DNA from: Octopus vulgaris
Lineage: Eukaryota
Assembly: GCA_951406725.2 (NCBI GenBank)
Contig: OX597831.1
Coordinates: forward strand, 75,330,001 to 75,394,000
Length of the DNA: 64,000 bases
Direction of reading: 5' to 3'
Part shown: positions 14,087 through 31,298 of the stretch, piece after piece
How positions within the stretch are numbered: the stretch's first letter is position 1
How the letters are laid out: every line of letters starts with the position of its first letter
The notes under the pieces: model-generated
What the model was told of the DNA's origin: nothing
What the model saw: the letters and a program-made list of their open reading frames with translations, nothing else
Databases searched by the model: none
Made by a program: the position numbers and the translations under genes

Positions 14087-14230
14087 TGTGCCGCCGCCGT
14101 CGTCGTCGTCGTCGTGTTATGAATGACCCTTGACGTTTTGCTTATATCTGTCGTCTGCTCAGCTCGGTACTACTCGGTACTGTTCGATACCACTCGGTAC
14201 TACTCGGCGTTGCTCGGCTCGTACTTTACT
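14087..14230 (-). promoter_or_regulatory. Putative promoter/5' UTR, CpG-rich
   Basis: High CpG density in a CpG-depleted window; (GCC)n(GTC)n, TGACGT, AGCAGACG on the minus strand, tandem CTCGGTACTA-like 10-mers, YY1-like CGCCAT at the ATG. Confidence 0.5.
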
Positions 14231-14356
14231 ATTTAAAAAAAAAAATCATTCATTTATTATTACTATCATTCGTTACTAGTTTGTTTCTTTATTACTATTT
14301 TGTCCCTTTATGTTTTAATTGATTTTTGTTAGCCCTTGTGGCCAATAAACGAACGA

Positions 14357-18898
<4,542 letters not shown>

Positions 18899-19426
18899 CG
18901 TTCGTCCCACTATTTTTTGCTTTTTTTTTTGCATTTTCGTTTTTATGTTTTTTTCTATATTCCCCCAATTTTGTAAGTTGTTTTTTTTTTTTTACTATTC
19001 CCCATGTATTCGGCCCTTGGGGCCCATAAAATGAAATATCGATGGCAGAATCGTCAGAGCGTCTAAAAAATATTTGTCCCAGCTCTCTATGAAATGGTCA
19101 AACTAAAGGGTTTAACCCGAGCAAAAAAGAAAAAAAAACAAAAGTATAATAGGTGTAAAACAACTTGCTCTAAACGAATATGAAAAAAAAAATATGCGCG
19201 CTGGCGAACGGAGGTTGGGGGGAGAGGACTCGGAAAATTCACATCATGAATGTTCCGGGTCGTCTCACCACAGCCCCCAAAAAAGAAATGTTTAATAGTG
19301 TAAAAGATGTACAACAACATGTAGTAAACGAATATGAAAAAAAATGCGTGCTGGCAACCGTGGGGTGTATATGTATAGACACACATATGTCTGTGTGATT
19401 TGCAGGCAATGTACATATATATATAG

Positions 19427-19780
19427 AGTGGGCTAGAAATAATTTCCACCCATCTAACACCCGTGGACATATTTACAAAGTAAGAAAACAGCACAGCTCC
19501 CATGACTTCAGGAAACATTTTTTCACGCTGAGAGTTGCTGAAGCATGGAACAAACTGCCGGCATCGGTTGTTAGTTGTCGGAGCACTGCATCCTTCAAAA
19601 CTTCCATGCTTCCTGAGATTCGCCAACACTACACCTGATTTTCTCCCTCCATACACACACAAGCATGTATCTGACTCATGCATTGTTCGCTTTCCAGGAC
19701 ATTTCTACATTACTGCATGTACTTTATATGCACTTTCTGACAAGTTGTGGTGCACCTGAGCACTGTATACAATAATTTTG

Positions 19781-19805
<25 letters not shown>
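19427..19805 (+). mobile_element. CR1-clade LINE 3' end
   Basis: SNTRGHIYKVRKQHSSHDFRKHFFTLRVAEAWNKLPASVVSCRSTASFK: the CR1 ORF2 C-terminal motifs TRGH, FFxxRV, WNxLP. (ATT)n tail. Confidence 0.85.
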
Positions 19806-19812
<7 letters not shown>

Positions 19813-20077
19813 TATTATATATATTATATATATACTTGGCGTTAGGAAGGGCATCCAGCTGTAGAAACACTGCCAGATCTTACTGGCCTGGTGCAGCCTT
19901 CGGGCTCCCCAGGCACCAGTTGAACCGTCCAACCCATGCTTGCATGGAAAGCGGACGTTAAATGATGATGATGATGATGATGATATATAAATAAATATAT
20001 ATATATACATACATACACACACACACACAGACATACATACACACACACACACATACATACATACATACATACATACA

Positions 20078-20108
<31 letters not shown>

Positions 20109-20149
20109 GTATGTATGTATGTATGTATGTATATACATGAGTGTGTATA

Positions 20150-21398
20150 CAGGGTGGGGAAGCAAAATTTACAATACTTTCAGGCAGGGATTGAAAAACA
20201 GTGTGTGACCAATTTGTTTATTGAAAGTCATGAGAATTTATTTGCCACAAGAAAATTTACATAATAGAAAATGTTTTTATTCTATGTGTCCTTCTTTCTC
20301 AATAACTGCTTTCAAACACTTCCTGAAACTTGCACAGGCGTTACTCAAATATTCAGGGGACAACCTCTCCCATTCTTCTTTAATAGTATCTTTAAGAGAG
20401 TCGACATTGCTGTGTGATGTTCTATTGGTAGCATGTTCTAAAACGACCCAAATAGCATAATCCAGAGGGCTTAGATCTGGGCTAGAAGGCGGCCATAAAC
20501 TTAATTCCAAAAAATTGCTAAGGTTGGATTTGCAGAAATCTTGTATTTTTCTAGCTGTGTGGGCTGGAGCATCATCCTGTGTCCATACATAATTACCATC
20601 TGGGTAGTTTGCTTTAAGCCATGGCAATACCTGGTATCTCAGAGTCTTGTAGCAAGTATTAACATTGATCTTTTCATCAGCTTTGTAGAATTTTATAGGC
20701 ATTTTCCTTCCATCGGAAGCCACAACACCAAAAGCCATAACTTGAGCAAGATGTTTTTTTTTTTAATGTCCCCTTAAACTCAGCTGTTGATTTTGTGATA
20801 AATCTGTCATTTCTGCGGTTCAGAACAGCATCGACAGCGAAGATCTTTTCCTCTGGGGGACTTTTTCTTGAACCATGTAATAATTTTCTAACACCTTTCC
20901 AATCTCTTTTCCTTCATAGCTGTTATCAACAAGTGTTTTGGTGTTCTTGTGTAAGATTTTAACCTCAAATCATATTTTACTGCATTTCTAATGGTCTTGG
21001 TGTCTACCTCAAGTTCAATTGCCATTTTTCTCATGGATTTGGTTGGATCCTTTAGGATTTGGGATTTGAGAGCTTTAATAAAAACTTTGGTACGTTTTTT
21101 GTTGATTCCTCAACTTTTGCTCATAGTCGTTCTATTCTTACATTATAAACAGTCTTTATGGACACTCCAACTATTCTGGAAATCTCTTTTGGTGTGACGA
21201 CTGCATTCAGCAAATCACACACACTTTGACGTTTGCTTTCCTGATTACTCAAATGGGAAAAAGTTTCTGAAATGGTAAGGCCAATAGTGTTAGGTATGAT
21301 TATGACATCAATACATGCTAGGTTTCAAAACAATTGACTTAGTGCCAGCTGAGAAAAAACAACTTAACGTTCATTGTAAATTTTGCTTCCCCACCCTG
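20150..21398 (-). mobile_element. Tc1/mariner DD37D (maT-family) transposon, TIR-complete, transposase disrupted
   Basis: Perfect 26-bp TIRs CAGGGTGGGGAAGCAAAATTTACAAT (20150-20175, 21373-21398) with TA on both sides. ORF 20277-20738 has QDDAPAH...WPPSSPDLSPLDY, 37 residues between the second and third D. Confidence 0.93.
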
Positions 21399-21444
21399 TA
21401 TACATATATGTGTATGTATGTATATATAAATATATATATGTATG

Positions 21445-21477
<33 letters not shown>

Positions 21478-21616
21478 GTTTGTATGTATGTATGTATGTA
21501 TGTATGTATATATATATATACATACATATATATATATATATATACACACACATATATATGTATATATCTATCTATCTATCTATATCTATATCTATATATA
21601 TATATTTATACGAAGT

Positions 21617-21812
21617 TAGATATATATGCGAAGTTAGATCAGTAAGCCCTACGTGACATTGGAAAATTTATATAGGGAGTACTATTGATTTTAAAAATAG
21701 ATATAGGGGACACAAGAATTCATTTATTCACCCCAATATAAAAAATTCCACGACATTAGCATCATACATTATACACCTCAAAGAGTCTAAAATTGAGTAT
21801 AATTAAAGGTGG
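21617..21812 (+). mobile_element. Penelope-like element GIY-YIG endonuclease remnant
   Basis: YICEVRS...KIYIGSTIDFKNRYRGHKN/SFIHPNIKNSTTLASYIIHLKE...Y.*.W, with stops and one frameshift. Matches the PLE YIGxT..FKxRY..H..SF..TxLS pattern. Confidence 0.7.
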
Positions 21813-22048
21813 TTGATAATTACTGAATCAAAACCATGTAACACACATACTAAATCTTGTAGGTTTCACATAAAGGAATCGAGTAGCATCGACCCCAAGT
21901 ACTCTTTCTTTCGGTCTCTTGTGTGAAGCTGCTAATTTATGGGGACGTAAACATACCAACATTAGTTGGCAAGGAATGTGTCTGCATGTGTATCGTTGGC
22001 GATTTTTTTCCCTCCGTCTTCCCTTCTTTGGATCTTTCCTTTTCCTAT

Positions 22049-22083
22049 GTTTCTGACGAAGAACTCCGCTCGAAACGTTAAAT
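22049..22083 (+). ncRNA. Minimal type I hammerhead motif in a Penelope-like terminal repeat (~21976-22185)
   Basis: GUUU-CUGACGA-A-GAAC-UCC-GCUC-GAA-ACGU-U^AAAU. Canonical core, palindromic ACGU helix III, one mismatch in helix II. Confidence 0.6.
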
Positions 22084-22644
22084 CCTCCTTCTTCCCTTCC
22101 TTCCTGAGCATCCAATAATACTATACTTGTTCCATGTCCTCACGTTGTTGTGTTTTCTCTTTGTGCTTTCATGTTTGGATTAACTTTATATATATATATA
22201 TATATATATTAAACTATGGTTGCAGAACAAACAAATATAAGGTCATCCACATAACATTTCACATAACAACAGGAGACGGGCAAAGCGTGTCTTGTCTCTT
22301 GTAAAGCAAGAGGAGAAAGGAAGATAGCCGCTGGTCACATGTGAGCAACGAGAGAGTCAAGGAGGAAGAGTGAGAGAGATAGAGAGAGGGAGAGATAGAG
22401 AGAGGGAGAGAAAGAGAACAGTGAAGGGAGAGGAGAAGAAAAACAGAAAGAAGGAAGAATAATAGAGGGAGAATAGAGATAGTTGTAGAGTGCACATCAG
22501 AATTATTAAGATAAAACTTACTTGGAAATGGATGCGTGGCGTTCGATCATATAATGAAATAAATTACTTCCCACTCTTGAGCAGCCAACATACAGTTGTC
22601 CATGCGAGAAGCAGGGCTCTTCCAAGAGAAGACCAGTCACAGAG

Positions 22645-23355
22645 AGGCACTTTGCATGGCACTTTGGAAAAGTGTCTTCTATAATAGCTTCAGCCTGACC
22701 AAAGACTTGTGAGTTGATTTGGTGAACAGAAACTGAAAGAAGCCCATCATATATGTGGGTGGGGGGAGTGCTTATGTTTGTTCAAGGCCCCCTTCTCCTC
22801 ATCTCATTGTTTGACAACCGGTGTCAATGTGTTTATGCCCCTGTAACTTAGCTTTGGTGTTGGAGAAGACTTTTACGGATTCCATGGACAGCGAGGCTCA
22901 CCAATGGAGGAGTTCTTAACTGGATCAAGCCGAAACTGTCGCTAGAAGCTAGGATCACCAAGCATAGATTGGCATATTTTGGTCATATTATGCGGAGAAA
23001 ATCCCTGAAGAAGGACATCATGCTTTGAATGGTCAGTGGCAAAAGGGGAAGAGGCCGACCAAGGACCCACTGGCTTGACACCATCAAGAGTGACACGGGA
23101 ATGGCCATAGCCAATCTGAAAGAAGCGACCCAGGATAGAACTGGCTGGAGAACACTGATCCATCGAGTAACCGAGAGTTGACTTCGAGTAAGCGGATAAA
23201 GAATAAGAAGAACCTAGCAGTTTGGCAAAAGAGACTGATTGAATAAATATTTGGCTTAAAGTAAGAAAAAGTAAGTTTTGGAGTTGGTTTGTTCGACTAA
23301 AATTCTTCAAGGCAGTGCTCCAGCATGGCCGGAGACTGAAACAAATAAAAGATGA
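22645..23355 (+). mobile_element. SINE family A copy split by an RTE insertion
   Basis: SINE A sequence stops at CTGTAACTTAGC (22852) and resumes at AACCTAGCAGTTTGGCAAAAGAG (23211). Confidence 0.8.
22853..23210 (+). mobile_element. 5'-truncated BovB-like RTE 3' end with TSD
   Basis: WCWRRLLRIPWTAR..LAYFGHIMRR..GKRGRGRPRTHWLDTI..DRTGWR..IHRVTES. AAG-rich tail and 8-bp TSD AACTTAGC/AACCTAGC. Confidence 0.85.
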
Positions 23356-23677
23356 AAGAGAAAAGAAGTTGAGTACTGGAACTGATGACATAATTGATGT
23401 TCAAAAGACAGAATTGCTGGTCTTATGATGCCTAAATCAAAAACCAAAAAGCAACAAGCTGGAAGGCTTGTCGGAACGTTGGAAAAAATGTTTTGCCATA
23501 TTTGTTCCAATTGTACATTTTGAGTTCAATTCCAGCCAAGGCTGACTTTTTCAGGGTCGATAAATTAAGTACCAGTTGTGTACTGGGATCAATGTAATCA
23601 ACTAGTTCCCCCCCTCCCACAAAATTTCAGGCCTTTTACCTTCCATAGAAAGCATAATTATTATTATTTAGTCATCA

Positions 23678-24077
23678 GGCGCAGGAGTGGCTGTGTAGTA
23701 AGTAGCTTGCTTACCAACCACATGGTTCCGGGTTCAGTCCCACTGCGTGGCATCTTGGGCAAGTGTCTTCTGCTATAGCCCCGGGCCGACCAATGCCTTG
23801 TGAGTGGATTTGGTAGATGGAAACTGAAAGAAGCCTGTCGTATATATGTATATATATATGTGTGTGTGTATATGTTTGTGTGTCTGTGTTTGTCCCCCTA
23901 GCATTGCTTGACAACCGATGCTGGTGTGTTTACGTCCCCGTAACTTAGCGGTTCGGCAAAAGAGACCGATAGACTAAGTACTGGGCTTACAAAGAATAAG
24001 TCCCGGGGTCGATTTGCTCAACTAAAAGGTGGTGCTCCAGCATGGCCGCAGTCAAATGACTGAAACAAGTAAAAGAG
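23678..24077 (+). mobile_element. tRNA-derived SINE family A, full length (reference copy)
   Basis: GGCGCAGGAGTGGCTGTGT head with A/B boxes, internal (TA)(TG) tract, tail CCAGCATGGCCGCAGTCAAATGACTGAAACAAGTAAAAGAG. Confidence 0.92.
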
Positions 24078-24659
24078 ATTAAGGCAGGGAGCTGGCAGAA
24101 TTATTAGCACGCTGGATGAAATGCTTAAATGCTCAGCGGTATTTGGTCTATCTTTACGTTCTGAGTTCAAATTCCGCTGAGGTTGACTTTACTTTTCATC
24201 CTTTCAGGGTCGATAAATTAAGTACCAGTTGCATACTGGGGTCAATGTAATCGATTATACCCCCTCCCCACACAAATTTCAGGCCTTGTGCCTATAATAG
24301 AAAGGATTTTTTGGTCCTCAAACTGGTGGAATCATCAGCAGCAGTTGATCCATTTTTACATTCTGAGGCTGATTTACGCCTTTCATAAAATTTGGGGTTG
24401 ATGAAATGGTACCAGTTGAGCACTGGAGATGATTACATCAACTCCCTCCCTACTTCTAAAATTGCTGGCCTTGTGCCAAAATTTGAAGCAATTATTATTA
24501 TTCCATGCAATTTTCATTATTACATAATAGCATAAGCAACCAGCTGGCAATTTCGCCTTTCAGCCTTTTGAGGTCAATAAAATAATGCCAGTCAAGCAAT
24601 GGGGTCAGTATAACCCTCTCCCCCAAAATTGTTGACCTTGTGCCTTTAGTAGAAACAAT

Positions 24660-24697
<38 letters not shown>

Positions 24698-24698
24698 T

Positions 24699-25235
24699 TG
24701 AGTGAGAGAGCAGTGCATGCCATCAAAGTGCTGATGGGGTAAAATATATGAAGCCCAGTATACCCATCATGACTACCCATCTGATAAGGGTACACCAGGC
24801 ACATGCATCACAACCATATGTGCACGACATGGTGGTTTCATATCAAGATAAACAGTGCATGACCTTGCGGGTGGGGCCCAATTAGAATTATCTTCAGGTC
24901 AAGTAGCCCATCCTGCTGAAAAAGGTCCCTGAATAAGGGTTCTTTAAGGCTGGTGAACAAAACCTTCATTTTTTCCAGAGGTGAATTATTCAAACCCCAA
25001 AGAATTCCTCACAACACATGGCTATGATGCTCCCCCACTACTTCTGCTCGTGATCAGAGATGCACATATCGTCAGTCACTAAGGGACATGCTCAACTGAT
25101 TAAGGTCAAACAACTGACAAGCAAATCTGTGGTATTGAGCAGAATATTTGCTGTAGCCCATGTACATGATAACACTTCTAATCAGTTAAGATCAGAAGCC
25201 ACGAAAACCAGTGCCTGGTACTGCATCAGGGCATT
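24699..25235 (-). mobile_element. Non-coding interspersed element between (TAC)n and (TTA)n tracts, possibly a non-autonomous R4/Dong derivative
   Basis: Sharp boundaries against triplet microsatellites and no convincing ORF. Family assignment and strand are inferred from insertion context only. Confidence 0.35.
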
Positions 25236-25444
25236 TGTTATTATCATTTGTTATTATCATTATTATTATTAAGGCAGCAAGCTAGCAGAATTGTTAGCAT
25301 GCCAGGCAAAATGCTTAGCAGTATTTCATCTGTCTTTATGTTCTGAGTTCAACTTTGCCTTTCATCTTTCTGGGGGGTCAATAAATTAAGTACCAGTTGT
25401 GTACTGGGTTGACCTAATTGACTGCCCCCTTCCCCCAAAATTCA

Positions 25445-27055
25445 TTATCATTATTATTTTTATCATGTGCTTTCACTGCACTACCGAGCACGGCTCTGTG
25501 TTCCTTGGGTATGTGTTGTGAATTGTTGTGATGCTTTCATTTTTGCTATATTGAAAGTGTTTTACGTAGGATGTGTACTGTGCCTAGAAGTACTATTTTT
25601 TTTTGTTTATATACATTCATAAGTCCTGGTGTTTTAGTTATGTATTTTTGTGATCGTTTTCTAATCACATCTAATGCAACTATTATTATAGGGATTGTTT
25701 CTGTTTTTAGGTTCCTCATTCAAGTTACCTCTATTTCCAGATCTTTGTATTTTGAAAGTTTCTCCATTTCTTTTAAAGAAACATTGTCATCTGTTGGTAT
25801 TGATACCTTAATTAGAAAGCATTTTTTTTTCTTGGTGATCTCTGACGACTATATCTGGCCTATTAGCCTTAATTTTTCTATGTGTGTGTGTATTGGCATA
25901 TCCCTGAGTATGATTGCTTTCTCATTTTCTGTGACCATTTCTAGCGTGTGCCTATACCGTCTTTTTTCTGTTGTTATGCCATAATGTTAGCATGGCTTCC
26001 AGTGTATGTAGGTCCCAACCCTGTCATATCTGTGAATATATTCCTTCTTAGCTAGGACTGGGCAGCCAGAGACAATATGATTTATTGTTTCTTCTCCATC
26101 ACCACATATTCTGCAGTTACTTGTATTTCTTTCCATCATGTATTTTTGGTGATTTCTGGAGGGAAGGCTTTGATCTTGTGCTGCAATTAAAAATCCTTTA
26201 GTCTCTGCTTCAGTCTCTCCTGAGTTTCTCTGCCATTGTTGGAACTTTGCATTGTCTATTTCTTTTGTGTTTTAGTTTAACCCAGTATTTGCCATGAAGG
26301 GGCTTTTTATCATGATCTGTTGCTGTTCGGATTTCAGTTGTTTTTACAGCTTTTGTTTTCTCTTCCTTTTCTTCATAATTGTTTGGTAGAATGACTTCCT
26401 TTTTGTATTTGTCAGCTTCCTTAAAGACTGAAAACAGTTTTTTTGCTTGTATTTTGTTGCTATTTGTATTAGTACCTCTTGCTTCTGAAGTAGGTATTTT
26501 TGCAGTCCTATTGTGGTTGTTTTGTAATAGTTTTCTAGCTGTATAAGGCCTCTACCACCTTCTATATGTTGTATATATAACCTTTCTGTGTCAGATTTTG
26601 GGTGGTGCATCTTAAATTTAAATCCTGTCATTATTTTTCTTGTTTTCCTGTCTATTTTGATTAGGTCATTTAGTACCCAGTTAAGGATATTGTAGCTGTA
26701 ACTTATAACTGGAATGGCTAGAGTGTTGATACCTATCATTTTGTTTCTCACATTGAGCTCTGTTTTCAGTATTAATCTAACTTATCTATAGTATTCCTTT
26801 CTTATCTTCTCTTTCATTTGTGTGTGTTGTGTCTTATCTAGTTCATTGATTCCTAAATATTTGTATGTCTGGCTTTGGTCTCCTTCTCTTATTTCATTTG
26901 CTTTATCTAGTGTGATGTTGCTTCTCTTAACTAGTTTTCCTCTTTTCAAGGTTGCTTTGGCACATTTTTCTAAGCCAAACCTCATGTTTATTTCTTTGGT
27001 AAATCCATGTACTGTCTGTAGTAATGTTTCCAGCTGTTTATCATTTACAGCAGTT
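25445..27055 (-). mobile_element. R4/Dong-clade RLE non-LTR retrotransposon, 5'-truncated, pseudogenised
   Basis: FGLEKCA, YKYLG, INTLAIPV, GGRGL, FLIAAQDQ, CCHC finger CRICG..ETINHIVSGC, RPDIVV and EKLSKYKDL RLE motifs. Ends in (TAA)-like repeats. Confidence 0.9.
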
Positions 27056-27056
27056 T

Positions 27057-27094
<38 letters not shown>

Positions 27095-27099
27095 TATTA

Positions 27100-27449
27100 T
27101 TATTTACTTTTAATCTGCATGTTTGTTACAACCACTCACTGAGACACACCCAGCGTCCTAGGGTGAGTGAAGGATAAAAGATGTTACAGTATGACTGAAA
27201 GCTTGGGGAAGGCAAGCGGCAGGGACAGTAGTGAAATATCTTCATGTAATACAACTCATGCATTTAAATCGATGGGGTTTTCCTAAGGATATGGGCAGTA
27301 CCTGTCAGCACAATTTTTTTGATTTCTCTGAGACATGGTTCTCCTGGGATATTATCTAGATGTTTCTGACATCCCTTTTTTATCATACCAAGGGCACCCA
27401 CAATAACAGGGACAGTTCTTGTTTTAAGATGCCACATCTTTTGTATTTC

Positions 27450-27451
<2 letters not shown>
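27100..27451 (-). mobile_element. Second R4/Dong-type 3' fragment inserted in (TAA)n
   Basis: EIQKMWHLKTRTVPVIVGALGMIKKG...VLTGTAHILRK plus a 3' UTR, with TAA repeats on both sides. Confidence 0.85.
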
Positions 27452-27513
<62 letters not shown>

Positions 27514-28567
27514 AGCAGCAAACAGGTAGAATCGTTATCATGCCAAGCAAAATGTCTAACAGTATTTGGTCCATCTTCCTGTTCTGAGTTCAAATTCCAT
27601 TGATGCTGGCTTTGTCTTTCATCCTTTCAGGAATTATAAAATAAGTACCAGTTGAACACTGGGCCCAGTGCCAAAATTTGAAACCATTATTATTATAGAT
27701 CGAATTTGCTTTTCATCCTTTCGGTGTTGATAAATTAAGAACCAGCTGCGTACAGGGGTTGATGTGATCGACCATCTTTTCCCCTCAAATTCCAGGCCTT
27801 GTGCCTATAGCAGAAAGGATCCTTATTATTATTTGGCAATATGCTGTGCTTGTGTAGGTCTGTCAAGCCAAGTGAGACCATAGTCGTGGCCGGTGCCAGT
27901 GTCAAGTCAATGGCACCTGTGCTGGTGGCACGTAAAAGACACCCACTACACTCTCAGAGTGGTTGGCATTAGGAAAAACATCCAGATGTAAAAACCTTGT
28001 CAAATCAGATCGGAACCTAGCGCAGCCCTCCAGGGCTTACCAGTTTTCAGTCGAACCGTCCAACCCATACTAGCATGGAAAGCAGACATTAAATGATGAT
28101 GATGATGATAATGGTGAGGCTCTGGCAGAACTGTGAGCACACCAGGCAAAATACCTAGCAGCCTATTATCCATTTTTATATTCTGAGTTCGAATCCCACC
28201 CAGATCAACTTTACCTTTCATCCCTTTCGGGTTCGATAAATTAAGTACCAGTTGAACACAGGGGTCAATGTAATCAATATATCCCCTACCCCAAAATGGT
28301 TGCTCTTGTGGAAAAATTTGAAACCATTGTTACTATTATTATTATTATTATTATTATTATGATTATTGAAGCAGTGAGCTGGCAGAATCGTTAGCATGCT
28401 GAACGAAATGCTTGGTGGTATTTCAGCTGTTACAACATTCTGAGTTCAAATTCTGCCAAGGTCGACTTTACCTTTCAGGGTCAATAAAATAAGTACCAAC
28501 TGAGTACTGGGGTCCATGTAATCGACTGCCTCTCCCCACAAAATTTCAGGCCTGTACCTATAGTAGA

Positions 28568-28607
<40 letters not shown>

Positions 28608-28637
28608 GTTATTCTTCTTCTTCTTCTTCTTCTTCTT

Positions 28638-28720
<83 letters not shown>

Positions 28721-29069
28721 AAAATTAAAAAGAATTATTATCACTTAGGCTGTAAGCAAGTAAAATTGTTAGCCTGTTGGTTAAAAGGCTCAACTGCATT
28801 TCTTCCAACTCTTTACATTCTGAGTTCAAATCCCACTACAGTCAAGTTTTCTTTTTATCCTTTCAGGGTTCATAAAATAATGAACCAGTCCAATAGCAGA
28901 GTTGATGTAATTGACTAACCTCTTTCTCCAAAAACTGATGGCCTCATACCAAAATCTGAAACAACTATTATTGCATGCTATATATATTATTAAATAACAT
29001 TCAAATCAAATTCACAAATTCGATGACTGGCACCGATGCCAGTGGAGTACGAAGAGCACCATCTGTTAT

Positions 29070-29733
29070 TTTTTTGTCATTTAGTAATATTTTTCAGTGA
29101 CACACACACACCCACACACACATAACAGACCTTTGGAAATATGCAGTGCGTGAGAAGACCCGGCAAGCCAAGTGAGACCATAACCCGTGGCCTATGCCAG
29201 GGGTGTAACCAGCCCACTTATGCATACCTTTCCTTCAATGGACACTAAACTCTACTTGCGAAGACCTGTTGAGGCATGTAAATCGAAATAAAATAAAATT
29301 CGCAAATTCGATGACTGGCACCTGTGCCAGTGGAGCTCTAAGAGCACCATCCGAGCGTGATCGCTGCCAGAGCAGCTGACTAGCCTCCATGTCGGTGGCA
29401 CGTAAAAGGCACCATTCAAACATGATCGTTACCAGTGTTGCCTTACTGGCACACTTGTGCTGGTGGCACGTGAACAAAACATTTGAGCGAGGTCGTTGCC
29501 AGTGCCACTGGATTGGCTCCTGTGCAGTCCGCCTGACTAGTTCTCTTGCTGGGGGCATGTAAAAAGCATCCACTACACTCTCGGATTGGTTGGCATTAAG
29601 AAGGGCATCCAGCTGTAGAAACTCTGCCAGATCAGATTGGAGCCTGGTGCTGCCATCTGGTTCGCCAGACCTCAGTCAAATCGTCCAATTCATGCCAGCA
29701 TGGAAAGCAGACGTTAAACAATGATGATGATGA
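29070..29733 (+). repeat. RTE family B 3' UTR with unique flank, locally duplicated at 35340-36025
   Basis: Same non-element flank TTTTTGTCATTTAGTAATATTTTTCAGTGACAC and same truncation point in both copies. Confidence 0.8.
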
Positions 29734-30477
29734 TTATTTTTATTCTCATTATTATTTCCAAATTGTTTGCATTTGTCGAATTCACCTTTCATCCTTTCAG
29801 GGTCGATAAATTACTTACCAGTTACGCACTGGGGTCAATGTAATCGAATAGTCCCCTCCCCCAAAATTTCAAGCCTCCTGCCAAATGTAGAAAGGATTAT
29901 TATTTGCAATTTTTACTTCCTTTTTATTGTTAATCATTTTTTTTTGTTTTTTATAATTTTCCATGAAGGTTGACAAAAAAAACAGTTCCAGTCAAGTATT
30001 GGAGAATGACAGAATCAACTATTTCCGTTTCCTCGATTTTATAAAAAAAAAAAAAGCCTCTTAATTTTCTCTTGAACCAAACCCTCATCAAAATCTTCAA
30101 GTGCCACTTGAAGAGGAAGCAGCACTAGAGTAGATGGTACTTCTCTTTGGGAAAAGAATGACAAAATTAGAATTGGAAAATCAGCCTCCTGTAACTTTTT
30201 AGCTGTTGTTTGGTGGCAAGAACTGTAAGAAGGCATCAGCCTTTGCTGTCCCTGAATAATCAGAGGTTGTGTATAGGGGGCTATAGATTACCTTAAGAGG
30301 ACATCCCTCTATCTTTGAACAAGGTGGGTGTCCATCTTGTCCCTTTTTTTATCTTGTTAGTTTTGTTGTTCTATATTGTTATGGTTGTTTATTATTTTTT
30401 TAATATTTATTAATGTCTTTATGGTCAGTGTTGATATCATCATCTTCACCACCACCACCACCACCACCACCACCACC

Positions 30478-30511
<34 letters not shown>

Positions 30512-30619
30512 CCACCATCACTATCATCATCACCACCATCATCACCACTCACAAATAAACACCACATGATGATGATGACGATGATGATGATGATGGGGAT
30601 TCTATGTGTGTGTGTGTGT

Positions 30620-31155
30620 GTAATGTCAGTGTGCATACATGACAGAGAGTAAGCGTCCTGAGAGAAAAGTTGGACTTAAGAAGCATCAGATGTGGTGTGC
30701 AAGAGAAACGACTGCGTTGGTCTGGTCATGTGTTGCGTATGGATGAGGAGAGCTGTGTGAAAAAGTGTCATACCCCAGCTGTGGAAGAGGTAGACCCGTG
30801 AAGACCTGGGATGAGGTGGTGAAGCACAACCTTTAAACATTGGGCCTCACCGAGGCAATGACAAGTGACCGAGCCCTTTGGAGATATGCTGTGCTTGAGA
30901 AGACCTGGCAAGCCAAGTGAGACTGTAACTGTGGCCTACGCCAGTGCAGCATAACCAGCCCTTTAAGAGTACCCTTCAATCATTGGGCAATAAACTGCGC
31001 TTGCAAAGACCTGTTAAGACAAGTGGAATCGTTGTTGTGGCCAATGACAGTACCGCCTGATTAGCTCCCGTGCTAGTGGCATGTAAAAGCTCTATTTGAG
31101 CGTGGTCATTGCCAGTGCCATTTGACTGGCTCCCGTGCCGGTGGCACGTAAAAAG
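30620..31155 (+). mobile_element. RTE C-terminal fragment plus partial UTR
   Basis: LREKLDLRSIRCGVQEKRLRWSGHVLRMDEESCVKKC...KTWDEVV. Confidence 0.8.
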
Positions 31156-31295
31156 CTTGGTACTCATAATTCCCAAGGTTCCAACAACAACAACAGGTGT
31201 AACACTGACCTTCTTCAATGACCACAGTCTATTTATTTCCCACTTCAAATCATCATATCTGACTGGCTTCTCTTTTTCATCAGGGCATGTAATAT
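31156..31295 (-). mobile_element. R4-type RLE C-terminal fragment
   Basis: ITCPDEKEKPVRYDDLKWEINRLWSLKKVSVTPVVVVGTLGI. Confidence 0.7.
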
Positions 31296-31298
31296 TTA

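Noticed and set aside
23678-23750. tRNA gene calls at SINE heads
   Set aside because: A/B boxes are present but no full cloverleaf is evident, and each continues into a SINE body.
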